A DNA stretch of 46,079 nucleotides. It comes from Prorocentrum cordatum (taxonomy: Eukaryota). The position numbers and the translations under genes are program-made. The DNA lies in the NCBI GenBank assembly GCA_963575745.1, contig CAUYUJ010000192.1:620001-666079 (forward strand), read 5' to 3'. The notes under the pieces were generated by a model. That model saw only the letters and a program-made list of their open reading frames with translations. It did no database searches and had not been told where the DNA came from. Shown here piece by piece: positions 35,201-42,769 of this stretch; within the stretch, counting starts at the first letter, position 1, and each line of letters starts with the position of its first letter.

Positions 35201-37515
35201 AACCGCCCCCGCCCCTGCAGCAGCGAAGGCGGCGCGGCGCGGGGCGCTTGTGGTTGCCGGAGGCTTGTGCTCCTCACCGACGCCGCGGTGCGCGCGCGTC
35301 GCGGAGGGGGGCGGGGGAGGAAGGGGAGGAGGCTGGGAGGGTCCCTACGTGATGTGAAAAACGCTGGGGGGGGGTCCTGTTCCTGGGCTTCTCCTGCTTG
35401 GGGACTATTGTTCGCGCCGTTTTCGGTTCGGCTCCGAGTCGCACTGCGGCTCGTTTCCCCTTCCTTTTTCCCCAATCAGAGCTTGCCTCTGTAGGGGTCC
35501 TAGCGGATTCATATGGGCAGGTTAGGTTTGCCGCCGATTTTCGCCGCACGCCTGGGTGCCCGGGTGCCCGGGGGAGCCGTGGTGCCGGGTGCCCGGGTGC
35601 CCGGGTGCCCGCGGGCCGCGGGCGTGCCCGGGGGTGCCCGGGTGCACGCCCGGTAGCCCTATAGCCTTATAACACTAGAGCCTTACAATCGGACTTGATT
35701 GGAGAGGACACGCGAGAGGACACAAGACCCTTCCGAGAGCCACGTTGCCACAGAAATGCAGGGGGCATGGGTCGCAAGACACAGGACACGAGGGTGCCCT
35801 TGATCTGGCAGGGTCGACCTACTAATCCGGTCCGTCTGTATTAGGCAGATCAATCACGAGCGGCGAACATACCCGTATCTGCGCCCCTGCGGTCTGGACT
35901 CTGGGGGCGCAATCCTGCAAATACGCCGCCGCACGGGTACGCTCCACGCGGGGCATCCGCGAAAGAACGTAGCAGGGTCGCCGCCCAGGTGAGGGGCAAC
36001 GATAGGGGGGGACTGGCATAGGGGGGGGGTGCATCGACCTGGAATCGGCGACACATCGCCGAGACATCGGCGATAGGCCCCCGATAGTGAATGCGCACCT
36101 TCCTGGGCGGGTTGGTATCATCAGACCCCTGTCGGCGATCAGTGGGCGATTGGGGGTCGATGCATCCCCCCCTTGTGCCTATCCCCCCTATCGCTGCCCC
36201 TGACCAAGGGCCCCGCCCGCGAGGCCGCAGATGCGGGTATGTCCGATTACCCCTCAGCAACACGCAGGAGTGACCCTCGGCAAGGAGTGACCCATGGCCA
36301 TCGCTCGGACGTCCATTCCCTTTTTTTTGGTTTCGTGCGTGGTTTTTTCGCCACATGGTCAAGGATGCTCCTCGATGGCCCTCGCCGAAGGAAAAATGCA
36401 CGCGTCCGAGCGATGCCAAGGCAAGGAGTGGCCTGGCCTCTGGTGCACGACTCCCGGCGGGCCGCGGGGAGGCCGGACCCGAGCGCGCAGGACGCCGCCA
36501 TCGCAGCGCGCTCGGTCATCGGGGAACCCTTTGTGTGCCCGCACCGAGGAGCACAAATATTTGTGGTTTCTGTATTTAGTTGATTTGTTTTTTGATTTTT
36601 TGTTTTTTTAGTTGGTCTTAATTGAATAGAAACATATTAATGTGATGTGAATAAGCCAATAACAAGCTCAATGTATAAAGTGTTTGACGTTTCGATTGTA
36701 TGTTCAATCTTCAAGAAAGTTTTCAACGCAACATTCTATGATTCGACAATCACGATATGTCAGACCGACATCGGACTGCATGTGGGTTACCTCCTTTTAA
36801 ACAAGAAAAATAAATGTTCGCATTTAACTGCTGAAACAACACAAAGCAATCAACTGCTTGCAGTGAAAGGTCACTCTCTTATGAAGGGGCCCTGGGACAC
36901 ACACATAAATACACACTAATAAAATGATTCCCTATATGTTCCTATATTTTTGGAGTTTTTTGTCTTCCCGCCCAATTCCCATATTTCCCCGTATGTTCCT
37001 GGGACTCGACGATTAATTGTGTCTGTGTGTTTCTTTCCCTCCTGATCTTAACCCGTCGGTCAGAAGAAGTGGGCAGGAACTGACTACCTACCAGACCACC
37101 CCAACCCAACCCGAAGGCCCGAATTCGACCCGAATTTCGGGTTGGGGGGGGTACGGATACCATGTGTTTTTTCGACGTTCCCCGACCCCCCCCCACTGGA
37201 AATCGATGATAAATTTGGGCCTTCGGGTTGGGTTGGGGTGGTTTGGTGGGTGGTGAGGAACGGGTTGGGCCTGGAAGGCTTTGGAAGCAGATCGGCCTTC
37301 CGCCCGCCCCCTGAAGAGGAAGGACAGGAAACAAAAACACCCGACGATCGAAGTAGGAAGCACCTGAAGCAGACTGGGACTTGGGCGTGCAACAAAACCT
37401 ACGGGTACCACGGGCACGTGTGGCCGAATCCCTCCCAACTCAAGGGACGTCCTTGGCCGACCAGCGCTGCCGCCACGGCCACGACGAAGCCGTGGAGGCG
37501 GCGGCCGCCGGCCAT
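3627..37515 (-). CDS. Spliced gene (at least 10 exons, 3'-incomplete) encoding a predicted secreted NHL-repeat / SMP-30-gluconolactonase-like beta-propeller protein; join(37462-37515,35053-35090,34363-34396,28717-28767,17998-18062,16831-16909,14455-14484,13048-13086,6520-6558,3627-3668)
   Basis: Ten exons, each internal one bounded by AG|G and a GT or GC donor, join with matching phases into a stop-free 157-aa frame. It has an N-terminal hydrophobic signal and consecutive propeller-blade motifs (LKYPQGIAVD..GKLFVAD; AVAVDGLGNVFFTDE..ILKV). Assembled by eye, with no transcript evidence; no further exon found in 1-3626. Confidence 0.88.
4571..4753. mobile_element. MITE with TA target duplication (Tc1/mariner-type)
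   Basis: ta|cacgtcggtcg...aggta and tacct...cgaccggcgtg|ta inverted termini. Confidence 0.7.
5131..6151 (+). mobile_element. Non-autonomous CCAAGA-rich element bounded by AAT, with 3' GC motif and small hairpin
   Basis: Starts aatccccgcc; core of ccaagacggcc/ccaagaggcc repeats; ends cttcaggggtggcgg..ggccgtaaggtc..ccaat. Related to 15769-16548 and to minus-strand copies at ~39300-39520 and ~41800-44270. Confidence 0.6.
6520..6558 (-). CDS. Exon 9: VFFTDEPAQQILK
   Basis: gcgaag|GTA TTC TTC ACT GAC GAG...CTG AAG|gtgcc; directly continues the D-G-x-G-N-V-F-F-T-D NHL motif. Confidence 0.92.
7081..8140. repeat. (GGA)n polypurine tracts (7081-7290, 7490-8140)
   Basis: Seen directly. Similar GGA/CCT tracts at 10443-10735, 12663-12710, 21383-21470, 21690-21830, 26870-27000, 33728-33825, 39925-40160 and 44828-45160. 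Confidence 0.95.
8320..8488. mobile_element. MITE, ~40-bp TIR (TCGGGTGTTG family)
   Basis: tcgggtgttgttagaagtgcccctggcccgaggtgccccca / tgggggcacctcgagccaggggtacttctagcagcacccga; second copy at 13189-13355. Confidence 0.85.
9016..9176. mobile_element. MITE, GTCGGGC family, ~10-bp TSD (Mutator-like)
   Basis: TIR tcggtcgggcgtgtcctcctacagg / cctggaggggggcaggcccgactga; flanks tgcgttgact / ggcgttgact. Confidence 0.85.
9868..10054. mobile_element. MITE, TTCTCAGAAG palindromic family
   Basis: ggcggcgagc..ggggggaa..gaaggagaaggccttctcagaagg / ccttctgagaagccttctccttttc..cccccctcgc; copies at 11313-11498, 12827-13019, 28835-29000 and degenerate at ~45515-45620. Confidence 0.8.
10076..10242. mobile_element. 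MITE, GTCGGGC family
   Basis: Same TIRs; flanks acgccagcgt / acgccagcgg. Confidence 0.85.
11112..11213. mobile_element. Short MITE
   Basis: ccctcccccaaactcaatgttgg / ccaaccttgaacattggggggaggg imperfect inverted termini. Confidence 0.6.
11313..11498. mobile_element. MITE, TTCTCAGAAG family
   Basis: Shares the cttctcagag/ccttctgagaag repeats and gacaacttctc core with 12827-13019. Confidence 0.7.
11579..11718. mobile_element. MITE with ~40-bp TIR
   Basis: gcgagccctgcccctgcccccacgacttctgagggg / cccctcagaaatatcgtggggggttaggggcagggctcgc. Confidence 0.75.
11780..11935. mobile_element. Foldback (near whole-length palindrome) element
   Basis: gaactatgcacatacaccgat..cccaggatcggtgcata mirrored by tatgcaccgatcctggg..atcggtgcatgtgcatagttc. 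Confidence 0.8.
12106..12268. mobile_element. MITE, GTCGGGC family
   Basis: Same TIRs; degraded TSD (acacctgctc / acacttgctg). Confidence 0.8.
12827..13019. mobile_element. MITE, TTCTCAGAAG family
   Basis: TIR ggcggtaagcgagggggggaagtgagaaggagaag / cttctccttttcacttccccccctcgctggccgcc. Confidence 0.85.
13048..13086 (-). CDS. Exon 8: VEVRAVAVDGLGN
   Basis: atgccag|GTT GAG GTC CGC GCC GTC GCG GTG GAC GGC CTG GGG AAC|gtcct. Confidence 0.92.
13189..13355. mobile_element. MITE, second copy of the TCGGGTGTTG family
   Basis: Same TIRs and internal cagcttttcg..gggcctcgtga..gctctggaggcc core as 8320-8488. Confidence 0.85.
14455..14484 (-). CDS. Exon 7: VSPMQTVAEN
   Basis: ggggag|GTG AGT CCG ATG CAG ACC GTC GCA GAG AAC|gcccc (GC donor); 30 nt, phase 0/0; supplies the linker between blades. 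Confidence 0.82.
14951..15068. mobile_element. MITE, GTCGGGC family (internally deleted)
   Basis: taggtcgggc / gcccgactta; flanks aaactagaat / aacctagaat. Confidence 0.85.
15769..16548 (+). mobile_element. CCAAGA-rich AAT-bounded element inserted in an (aactgcaacc) repeat region
   Basis: gaat|ccgccgtcc...cttcagggggtt..gacgcaaacctcttgaat; the host repeat lies on both sides (15530-15768, 16550-16690). Confidence 0.65.
16831..16909 (-). CDS. Exon 6: (R)GKLFVADPSLNKLVSYTLHRSSDALT
   Basis: ccgaag|G GGG AAG CTC TTC GTC GCA GAC...CTC ACG|gtcgc; the phase matches exon 5; G-x-L-F-V-A-D blade motif. Only partly covered by the ORF track. Confidence 0.92.
17079..17220. mobile_element. MITE, GCGCGGAGCGCGCCAGGGGCGGC-core family
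   Basis: TIR actcggagatccg..gatttctcggatc / gatccgagaaatccgcgcggacctccgagt; related copies at ~27120-27295 and 33069-33308. Confidence 0.8.
17998..18062 (-). CDS. Exon 5: AMRTLIDTNLKYPQGIAVDSY+AG
   Basis: gggcag|GCA ATG...TAC AG|gcagc (GC donor, phase 2); NHL-like motif L-x-x-P-x-G-I-A-V-D. Confidence 0.92.
18123..19639. mobile_element. TIR/foldback element carrying a 1.1-kb (ACTGTCCCC/ACC) minisatellite
   Basis: Arms share ggttccc, cttcgaaaatt, ggtcactac, gttcgaaccc and ggcaaacg in inverted orientation; satellite at 18378-19497. Confidence 0.7.
20733..20969. mobile_element. MITE with ~45-bp near-perfect TIR and 4-bp TSD (TAGA)
   Basis: taga|ggcctcctagatggggtcggagtagatggggtcggaggatcgcgcc ... 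ggcgcgatcctccgaccccatctactccgaccccatctgggaggct|taga; internal gcatcggcgat repeats. Confidence 0.88.
22032..22192. mobile_element. MITE, TGAAGGGG family, 5-bp TSD (GAGGG)
   Basis: gaggg|tgaagggga..acacacaaataaatacacac..cccctcctga|gaggg; copies at 31365-31524 and 36882-37045. Confidence 0.85.
22327..22502. mobile_element. Stowaway-like MITE (CTCC...GGAG, TA TSD)
   Basis: ta|ctccagatttcgtaataga ... ttttattacgaaatctggag|ta. Confidence 0.85.
22565..24055. repeat. 99-bp tandem satellite, ~15 copies
   Basis: ggtccca at 22731, 22830, 22929...; unit ggtggagctccctatggggccacgaagcgctgtactgggt..gggggacgcatgcgggcggtcccactgggggcttc. Confidence 0.95.
24262..24708. repeat. 11-bp (AAGCTAAGCTA)n satellite, ~40 copies
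   Basis: Seen directly; followed by a 23-bp duplication ctcccaggggactgggggaaccg. Confidence 0.95.
25020..25330 (+). pseudogene. Possible highly decayed Ty1/copia RNase H remnant
   Basis: Frameshifted fragments AIS..VEA.QW..LFDP and IIVASCDAKGL/YSAL resemble the copia RNase H (T/C)DAKxLYD motif; weak. Confidence 0.3.
28427..28705. mobile_element. GTCGGGC-family MITE carrying a (TATATTTCAAAAAG)n minisatellite
   Basis: Degenerate TIRs; AT-rich repeat at ~28490-28625; ends 11 bp from the exon 4 donor; no TSD seen. Confidence 0.6.
28717..28767 (-). CDS. Exon 4: VAYVKLASDGAPASGKQ
   Basis: cgccag|GTG GCC TAC...AAG CAG|gcgcg (GC donor); every codon ends in G or C. Confidence 0.85.
28835..29000. 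mobile_element. MITE, TTCTCAGAAG family
   Basis: ~48-bp TIR ggcggcgcgcagagggggg..gcttcttagaag / cttctaagaagcc..ttctgctcgccgcc. Confidence 0.85.
29653..29813. mobile_element. AT-rich Tc1/mariner-type MITE (CAG...CTG, TA TSD)
   Basis: ta|cagggcaggttttaatacat ... gtgtattagaaacggcactg|ta. Confidence 0.75.
29883..30036. mobile_element. Purine-rich short element ending tgacgtcc..cccctccctcccatcccttatcatgg
   Basis: Second copy at ~38135-38257 with a near-identical right end. Confidence 0.65.
30095..30266. repeat. Degenerate (GCATA/GCATG)n pentamer repeat
   Basis: Seen directly. Confidence 0.7.
31113..31255. mobile_element. Foldback element of inverted (gaaggattgcaaaaaa) repeats
   Basis: 3 direct copies followed by 4 inverted (t)gcaatcctt copies. 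Confidence 0.75.
31365..31524. mobile_element. MITE, TGAAGGGG family
   Basis: Flanked by aacatc / aacatc; same core. Confidence 0.85.
33069..33308. mobile_element. Long-TIR version of the same family
   Basis: caggaatgctgcaacccagaacaacag..ttttggcgctccgcgcggat / atccgcgcggagcgccaaaa..ctgttgttctgggttgcagcattcctg (~80-bp arms). Confidence 0.85.
34037..34196. mobile_element. GTCGGGC-family MITE, reverse orientation
   Basis: gtcgggcatgcccctttacaggaggagtactc ... ctgtaggaggacacgcccgac; no TSD seen. A further right-end-only copy lies at ~20530-20648. Confidence 0.75.
34363..34396 (-). CDS. Exon 3: (W)YLIASSPASGK
   Basis: tttgcag|G TAC CTC ATC GCC TCC TCG CCT GCC AGC GGG AAG|gcggg (GC donor). Confidence 0.82.
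35053..35090 (-). CDS. Exon 2: ALVATAGSASKS+TG
   Basis: ctggag|GCC...TCC TG|gtcag; the phase-2 end is completed by the G of exon 3 (TGG=W); finishes the signal peptide (A-T-A-G cleavage-like). Confidence 0.7.
35864..36245. mobile_element. MITE with nested TIR pairs
   Basis: Outer cgaacatacccgtatctgcg / cgcagatgcgggtatgtccg; inner aggggcaacgataggggg..gtgcatcgacc / ggtcgatgcatccccc..cctatcgctgcccct. Confidence 0.75.
36882..37045. mobile_element. MITE, TGAAGGGG family
   Basis: Flanked by tctta / tctta; same core. Confidence 0.85.
37085..37255. mobile_element. MITE with long TIR
   Basis: accaccccaacccaacccgaaggcccgaatt / aatttgggccttcgggttgggttggggtggt. Confidence 0.8.
37462..37515 (-). CDS. 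Exon 1: MAGGRRLHGFVVAVAAAL (start codon, signal peptide n/h region)
   Basis: agaATGGCC start, GC3-rich codons, basic then hydrophobic residues; donor CTG|gtcggc, phase 0. Alternative GC donors nearby are possible. Confidence 0.7.
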
Positions 37516-37581
37516 TCTCACTGCGGCGGCGGCGCGGAGCGGCGCGGCAGCAGAGACGTGGCGCGGCCGGCCCGGGCCCGG

Positions 37582-37599
37582 CTTTACCAAGAAGGCCGC
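37582..37599 (-). promoter_or_regulatory. Degenerate dinoflagellate spliced-leader-like motif / candidate trans-splice acceptor
   Basis: Minus strand gcggccttcttggtaaag versus the DinoSL 3' part gtagccattttggctcaag; ends in AG 66 nt upstream of the ATG. Confidence 0.4.
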
Positions 37600-38335
37600 A
37601 AGTGCCACATAACCAGATGCTCATGTTCGTTATGATGACAAGGACGCAAGAAGGGGGGAGGGAGGGAGGGAGGGAGGGCGGGAGGAGGGATGAGGAGAGA
37701 GAGAGGAGGAGGAGGGGGGGAGGAGTGGAGGGCGAGAAGGTCGGGGGAGGAGGGAGGAAAGCTGGAGGGGGAATGAGGAGGGAGGCGGAGGACGAGGAAG
37801 GAGGGGGGAGGGGGGAGGGGAGGGGGGAGGGGGGAGGGGGGAGAGAGGAGAGGGGAGGGGGAAGAGGGAAGAGGAGAAAGGGGGGAGGTGAAGATGGAAA
37901 ACGAAAGGGGAGGAAAGGAAGGAGAAAGAAGAAGAAGGGAGGCCGGAAAGCAAAAGCAGTACCAACCGACACACTGGTCGGACGACCCGACCCCATCATC
38001 GTGCTGCTGTTGAGGAAGAGACCCAGCTTGTGGCACACAACAAATGCGCAACACGCCCAATTCCGAATACGCCGCGCGTGTCTTTGATAATCCGGAACCC
38101 TACGCCGCGCGTGTCTTTGATAATCTGGAGCCCTTCCAGGGGGGAGGAGGGGGCGGGAGGGACGAGGGGGAGGGGACGAAAGGGAAGGGGGGAAGACAAG
38201 CTAGGTGCGCTCGCGTCATATCTGACGTCCTACCCCTCCCTCCCATCCCTTACCATGGCGCTGATTTTCTCTATCCGCGGACGCGTGTCGTAGCGGACCT
38301 GTGGCTCCGCGCGCGCGTGCGTAGTGGGTGGTGGT

Positions 38336-38500
38336 GCACGTGCGTGCGTGCGTGCGTGCGTGTGTGCGTGGTTGTGCGTGGTGGTGGTGGTGGTGGTGGT
38401 GGTGGTGGTGGTGGTGGTGGTGGTGGTGGTGGTGGTGGTGGTGGTGGTGCTGATGGTGGTGGTGGTGGTGGTGGTGGTGGTGGTGGTGGTGGTGGTGGTG
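38336..38500. repeat. (GTGC)n plus (GGT)n microsatellites
   Basis: Seen directly. Confidence 0.95.
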
Positions 38501-40249
38501 CGGCGCGGTGGTGGCGGGCGGATGGGCGCGCGAGAAAGAGGCCCGCGCTGGGGCGAGAACGCCATCCTGAACGACTGAGGCCAAACACCGATCCGAAAAT
38601 GAGGCCCACGCTACAGCGGGAGCACGATTCGGAACGATTCGGGAGCAGAAAGCCGGCGCCTCAGCGAGAACATCATTATAAAAAAAAAAAAAAAACGCAG
38701 GCGAAAACCCGTTTCCCGGGAATCCTGTGTGTAAAAAACAATACGCGGGGGGCGCTCGGCCCGAAAATGACGCTGGCGCCTCAGCGAGAGTCGTTTCCCG
38801 GGATTTCCCGGGAATCCTGTGTGTAAAAAACAGTACGCGGAGAATGCGCAGCCATCACCCGGACGCCATCAGGGCAAGAGGGAGAGTATATTCATATTGA
38901 GTAATTGTAGAGGGAAGACGAAGGGTGAGGAGGAGAAGAGAGGGGGAGGATGGGGAAGAGGGGGAGGAGGGGGAGGAGGGGGAGGAAGGGAGGAGGGGGG
39001 GCGGGACGAGGGGGAGGAGGGGACGAGAGGGAGGACGAAAGTTCAAGGGTTGAAGGGGGGGGCAGGGGGGAGGGGGGAGGGGAGAGGGGGAACGGGGAGA
39101 GGAGCGGAGGCTGGCGGGGAGGAGGAACAAAAAGGAGCGAGGAGGGAGGCGAAAGCAGATGGGGAGGGGCGAGTTGTTGTCTGACTCCGTCAGGCCTGTG
39201 CGGAGCTGCATACCACAAGGGAGCCAGGAAAGCGCTCTGCAGGCGACAACCGCACGCGGGCGTGCTCGCGCAGGGACAGCGGCCTCCACCGCTGTTTCCA
39301 TGCTGAAACTCCCAGAGGGGGGCTGAAACTCAATGACTTTTGCCTCTTGGGACTCTCTTGGGAGGCCTCCTGGAGGCCTCTTGGGGCGTATTGGAGGCTG
39401 CGTGGGCCGCCTGGAGGCTATCCCGGGCGTCGAGGAGCGATCTTCTGGCGTCTCGGGGGGCTCTCTCGGACCACCTCGATGGCTTCCTGGGGGTCTCTCA
39501 GCTGCTCTTGGGGCTATCGGGGAAGCCCCGAAGGGCGGCGCGCCCGGGAGCCACACCCTCTCCGAGGGGGGACCTTGCCAGGGACCTGCCGGCAGCACTG
39601 CTCTTCTCCCGGGGACCCGGGCGGGGCGCGCCCCGCACGCGCGCGCGAACTGTGTCTGGGACAGGCGTGCAGCTTACCTGCTGCCGGAGATCTTGGCACT
39701 CATCTGGCCCGTGGGGCCGGGGAATTTGAGGGACGGGGGCTTTCATCGGGTATAGCCAAGACCCCAGGTAAGGGGGGCCCGGTTCGTGGCAGGGCCCTGG
39801 AGCCCGTGGATTGGCCAGAATCGCTAAACCAGGTCAGCCGCAGCCGGTGTGTTTTCTCGGGCGACGGCAGTTCCAGCTAGTGGAACGGGGCGGGGGGGCG
39901 GGGCGTCGTCCCCCCAGCGCACAAAGGAGGAGGAGGAGGAGGAGGAGGAGGAGGATGAGGAGGAGGAGGAGGCGGAAGAGGAGAAGGAGGAGGAACGGAG
40001 GAAGTAGGGCGAGGAGGAGGAGGAGGGAGGAGAAACAGGAGGAGGAGAGCAGGAGGAGGAGGAGAAGCAGAGGAGGAGGTGGAAAAGGAGGAGGAGGAGG
40101 AGGAGGAAGAGGAGGAGGAGGAGGAGGAGGAGGAGGAGGAGGAGGAGGAGGAGGAGGAGTGGTGGCGCGACCACGGCCGGGTCTACCCAGCGTCGGCTCG
40201 TGAACCACCACCCTTTGTCGGAGACCTCTTGCTGCAGGCGACCCTCGTA

Positions 40250-41070
40250 GGTCGGAGCTCGACCGGCCCGCTTCGGAGAGCTTAAATGGACTCCCAGAGG
40301 GCCCAAGACAATCCCCGACAAGGCCCCGAACAGAACCATACCAAAGGCCTCTGGTATGGTTCTGTTCGGGCTTGTTTCGGAAGCTCTTCCGGCCACTCTG
40401 AACCCTTCTCGGAGCCCTCTTCAGATCCATCGAGCCCGCTTCGGAGCGCTGAAATGGGGCCCACGAAAGCTTAAGAAAACACCCGAGAAGGTCTCGCACA
40501 GAACAACACAAAAGGCCTCTGGTGGGTTCTGTTGGGGCCCCTTTTCGGGGGCCTTCTCGGACATTCTGGAGCTTTTTGGAGCCCTGTTCGGACCCACCAG
40601 GCCCGCCTCGCAGAGCTCACACGGGCTTGCCGAGGGCCAAAGAGAATCCCTGGAAAGGCCCCGAACAGCACCATGCCCAAGGCCTGTGGCGCAATTCTGT
40701 TGGGAATCGTTTCGGGGGACCTCTTCGACCACTCTGAAGCCTTCTTCGAGAGCTGTAAGGATGCGCCGAGACCCCTGCGGAAAGCTCACCTGGGGCCCAA
40801 GAGGGTCCAAAAAGAATCCCCGACAAGGCTCCGGACGGAATCCCGGAGGCCTCTGGCATGACTCTGTTCCGGCTCCTCTAAGGGGCCCTCTCGGACATTC
40901 TGGTGCCCTCCTGAAGCTCTCTTCGGACCGACCAAGCCCGTTTCGAAGAGCTCGAACGCACTCTAGCACGGCCCGAGGGAGTTCCCGAAAAGGCCCCGAA
41001 CAGAACCAGACCACTGCCCTCTGGTCTGATTCTGTTCGGGCTCGTTTCGGGGGCTCTCTTGGACCATGCC
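40250..41070. repeat. ~168-bp tandem repeat, 5 copies, each with a central hairpin
   Basis: aaggccccgaacagaacca-type motif at ~40321, 40489, 40656, 40826 and 40991. Confidence 0.8.
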
Positions 41071-42769
41071 AACACCTCCATGGAGCCGTCTGCGCAAGCG
41101 CTTCGCGACCGCGCCGTAGGCTGCAAAAGCGATGCCACAGAGCTCCTCGGAAACCCGCAGAGGAGCCCTAAACTACACACGACGGTTCCACACCACAGCC
41201 CTTTCGCACGATGCCCCCCCCATCCCCTTCAGAAACCATCTACCTCAGGGGCGCGCGGGGAGAGGATGCCCCTCCAAGAAGGGCAGAGAGGTTTTGGGAG
41301 AGATTCGGGACACCTCCCCAGCCTATCTGCGGCCAAAAGGGCTGGTAATATTCGCGCGAAAAGACAGCAGCAAACGGGCGGCGCGGCATCGGCGACGAGC
41401 AAAGCAGCCCAGCAGACTTGCACAAGAAGCTGCTGTCGGCCAGCCCTTCTGCCACGTCGTCCTCCTTCACGCCTTTCTTAAACATACTTCTGCTGTTCTT
41501 CCCAGGGTCCCACCAATTTCGACAACCTTGCATCGAGCATTTGGAGACGCATTGGAGTACAGCGCACGGGGTGCCCCGAATCGTGAATTCTTTATTGGGC
41601 GCGTCGTTGCCCACGTCCCGCACTCGCAACTGTTAATCACATGTGTTCAGATTATGGGTGTCGTTTTTATTTTTCACAACATGTGGGACTGCAGTTTCTG
41701 CGCTTGTCTGCGACAGCGCCCCGAAGGACTTGAGCGCGCTCGTCGTGCGGTTCTAGCTATCGAGGGCGCCTACGACGAATCACTGCCGCCCCCTGCCTTT
41801 TCGCCATCTTCGCAATCTTGGAGGCATCTTGGAGGCAACCTTGGCCGTCTTGGAGGCCACCGTGAGCGTCTTGGAACAATTTTCGTGGACGACGCGACCG
41901 TTCCTGGGCCTCGGCCGCCCTTCCAGGATCCCGGCTGGCTGGGCCGGAACCCCAGCGGAAAGGTTTGCGGGCGCACGACCGAAACGGAGCTGCACGGCAT
42001 CCAGCACGCCATCGCCTCTGTGATGCGTGGACAGAGGGCCGCGAACCTTCTGACCTTCAGCCTATCCGGCCACCGCGCCTGGAGGTGAGGCCGTGGCTTC
42101 TTTTCCGAATTTTGGGGCGTCCTGCGGGACGTTTCGAAGCCTCTTGCGGCCTCGTCGGCGCCCCTGAGAGCCGCCTGGGGAGGGCGGGGGGGTTCTGGGG
42201 CGAGAAATATGATTCCTCAGTTTGTTGTCTCGTGCGGACTTCTTCGGCTCCCTTTCGGGGCCTCTCCGGCCGTCTTCGGCAGCTCATGCGCCGTTTTGGG
42301 GCCCTCTTCGCCCCCCTTGGGGCGGCCATCGGGGTCTCCAGTGCCTCTCGGGCGCTCTGAAGCATGTCGGGCCTTCCATGTCCGAGTCCGAGCCTCCTGC
42401 AGCCTTGCTTGGAGCCATGTTGACCTCTCTGGTGTTCGAGCGGATTCTTCGACAAGCTGTGCGAGCTGCGAACAGAATTGCGCCTTTGGAGACGTCTTCT
42501 GAGAATCTGTCATCACCTTTGACATTAGACTGTCACACGTGCAGGAGGTCGCAAAGCGACAGAAGCTCGCGTGGCTCTGATGTCTTCGGGGTGACACACT
42601 TGGAGCGGAAGATGAAGACGGAGCGCACAGCGACGGGAAGGAAGACCAATGGACCACCACCACCACCACCACCGCCACCACCACCACCAGTGGCTCGTGG
42701 GCCGTCTTGGGGCTCTCTTGGGGGCCTCCTGGGCCATCGTGGTGCTGCCTGGGAGACCCTTGGGGCGGC

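Noticed and set aside
35500..35680. Possible Helitron 3' end (GC palindromic repeats then CTAG)
   Set aside because: CTAG is not followed by T, there is no defined hairpin at the expected distance, and no 5' TC end was identified.
37449..37461. Longer exon 1 ending at an AAG|ga donor
   Set aside because: It gives phase 1, incompatible with exon 2; the GT donor at 37461 preserves the frame and the signal peptide.
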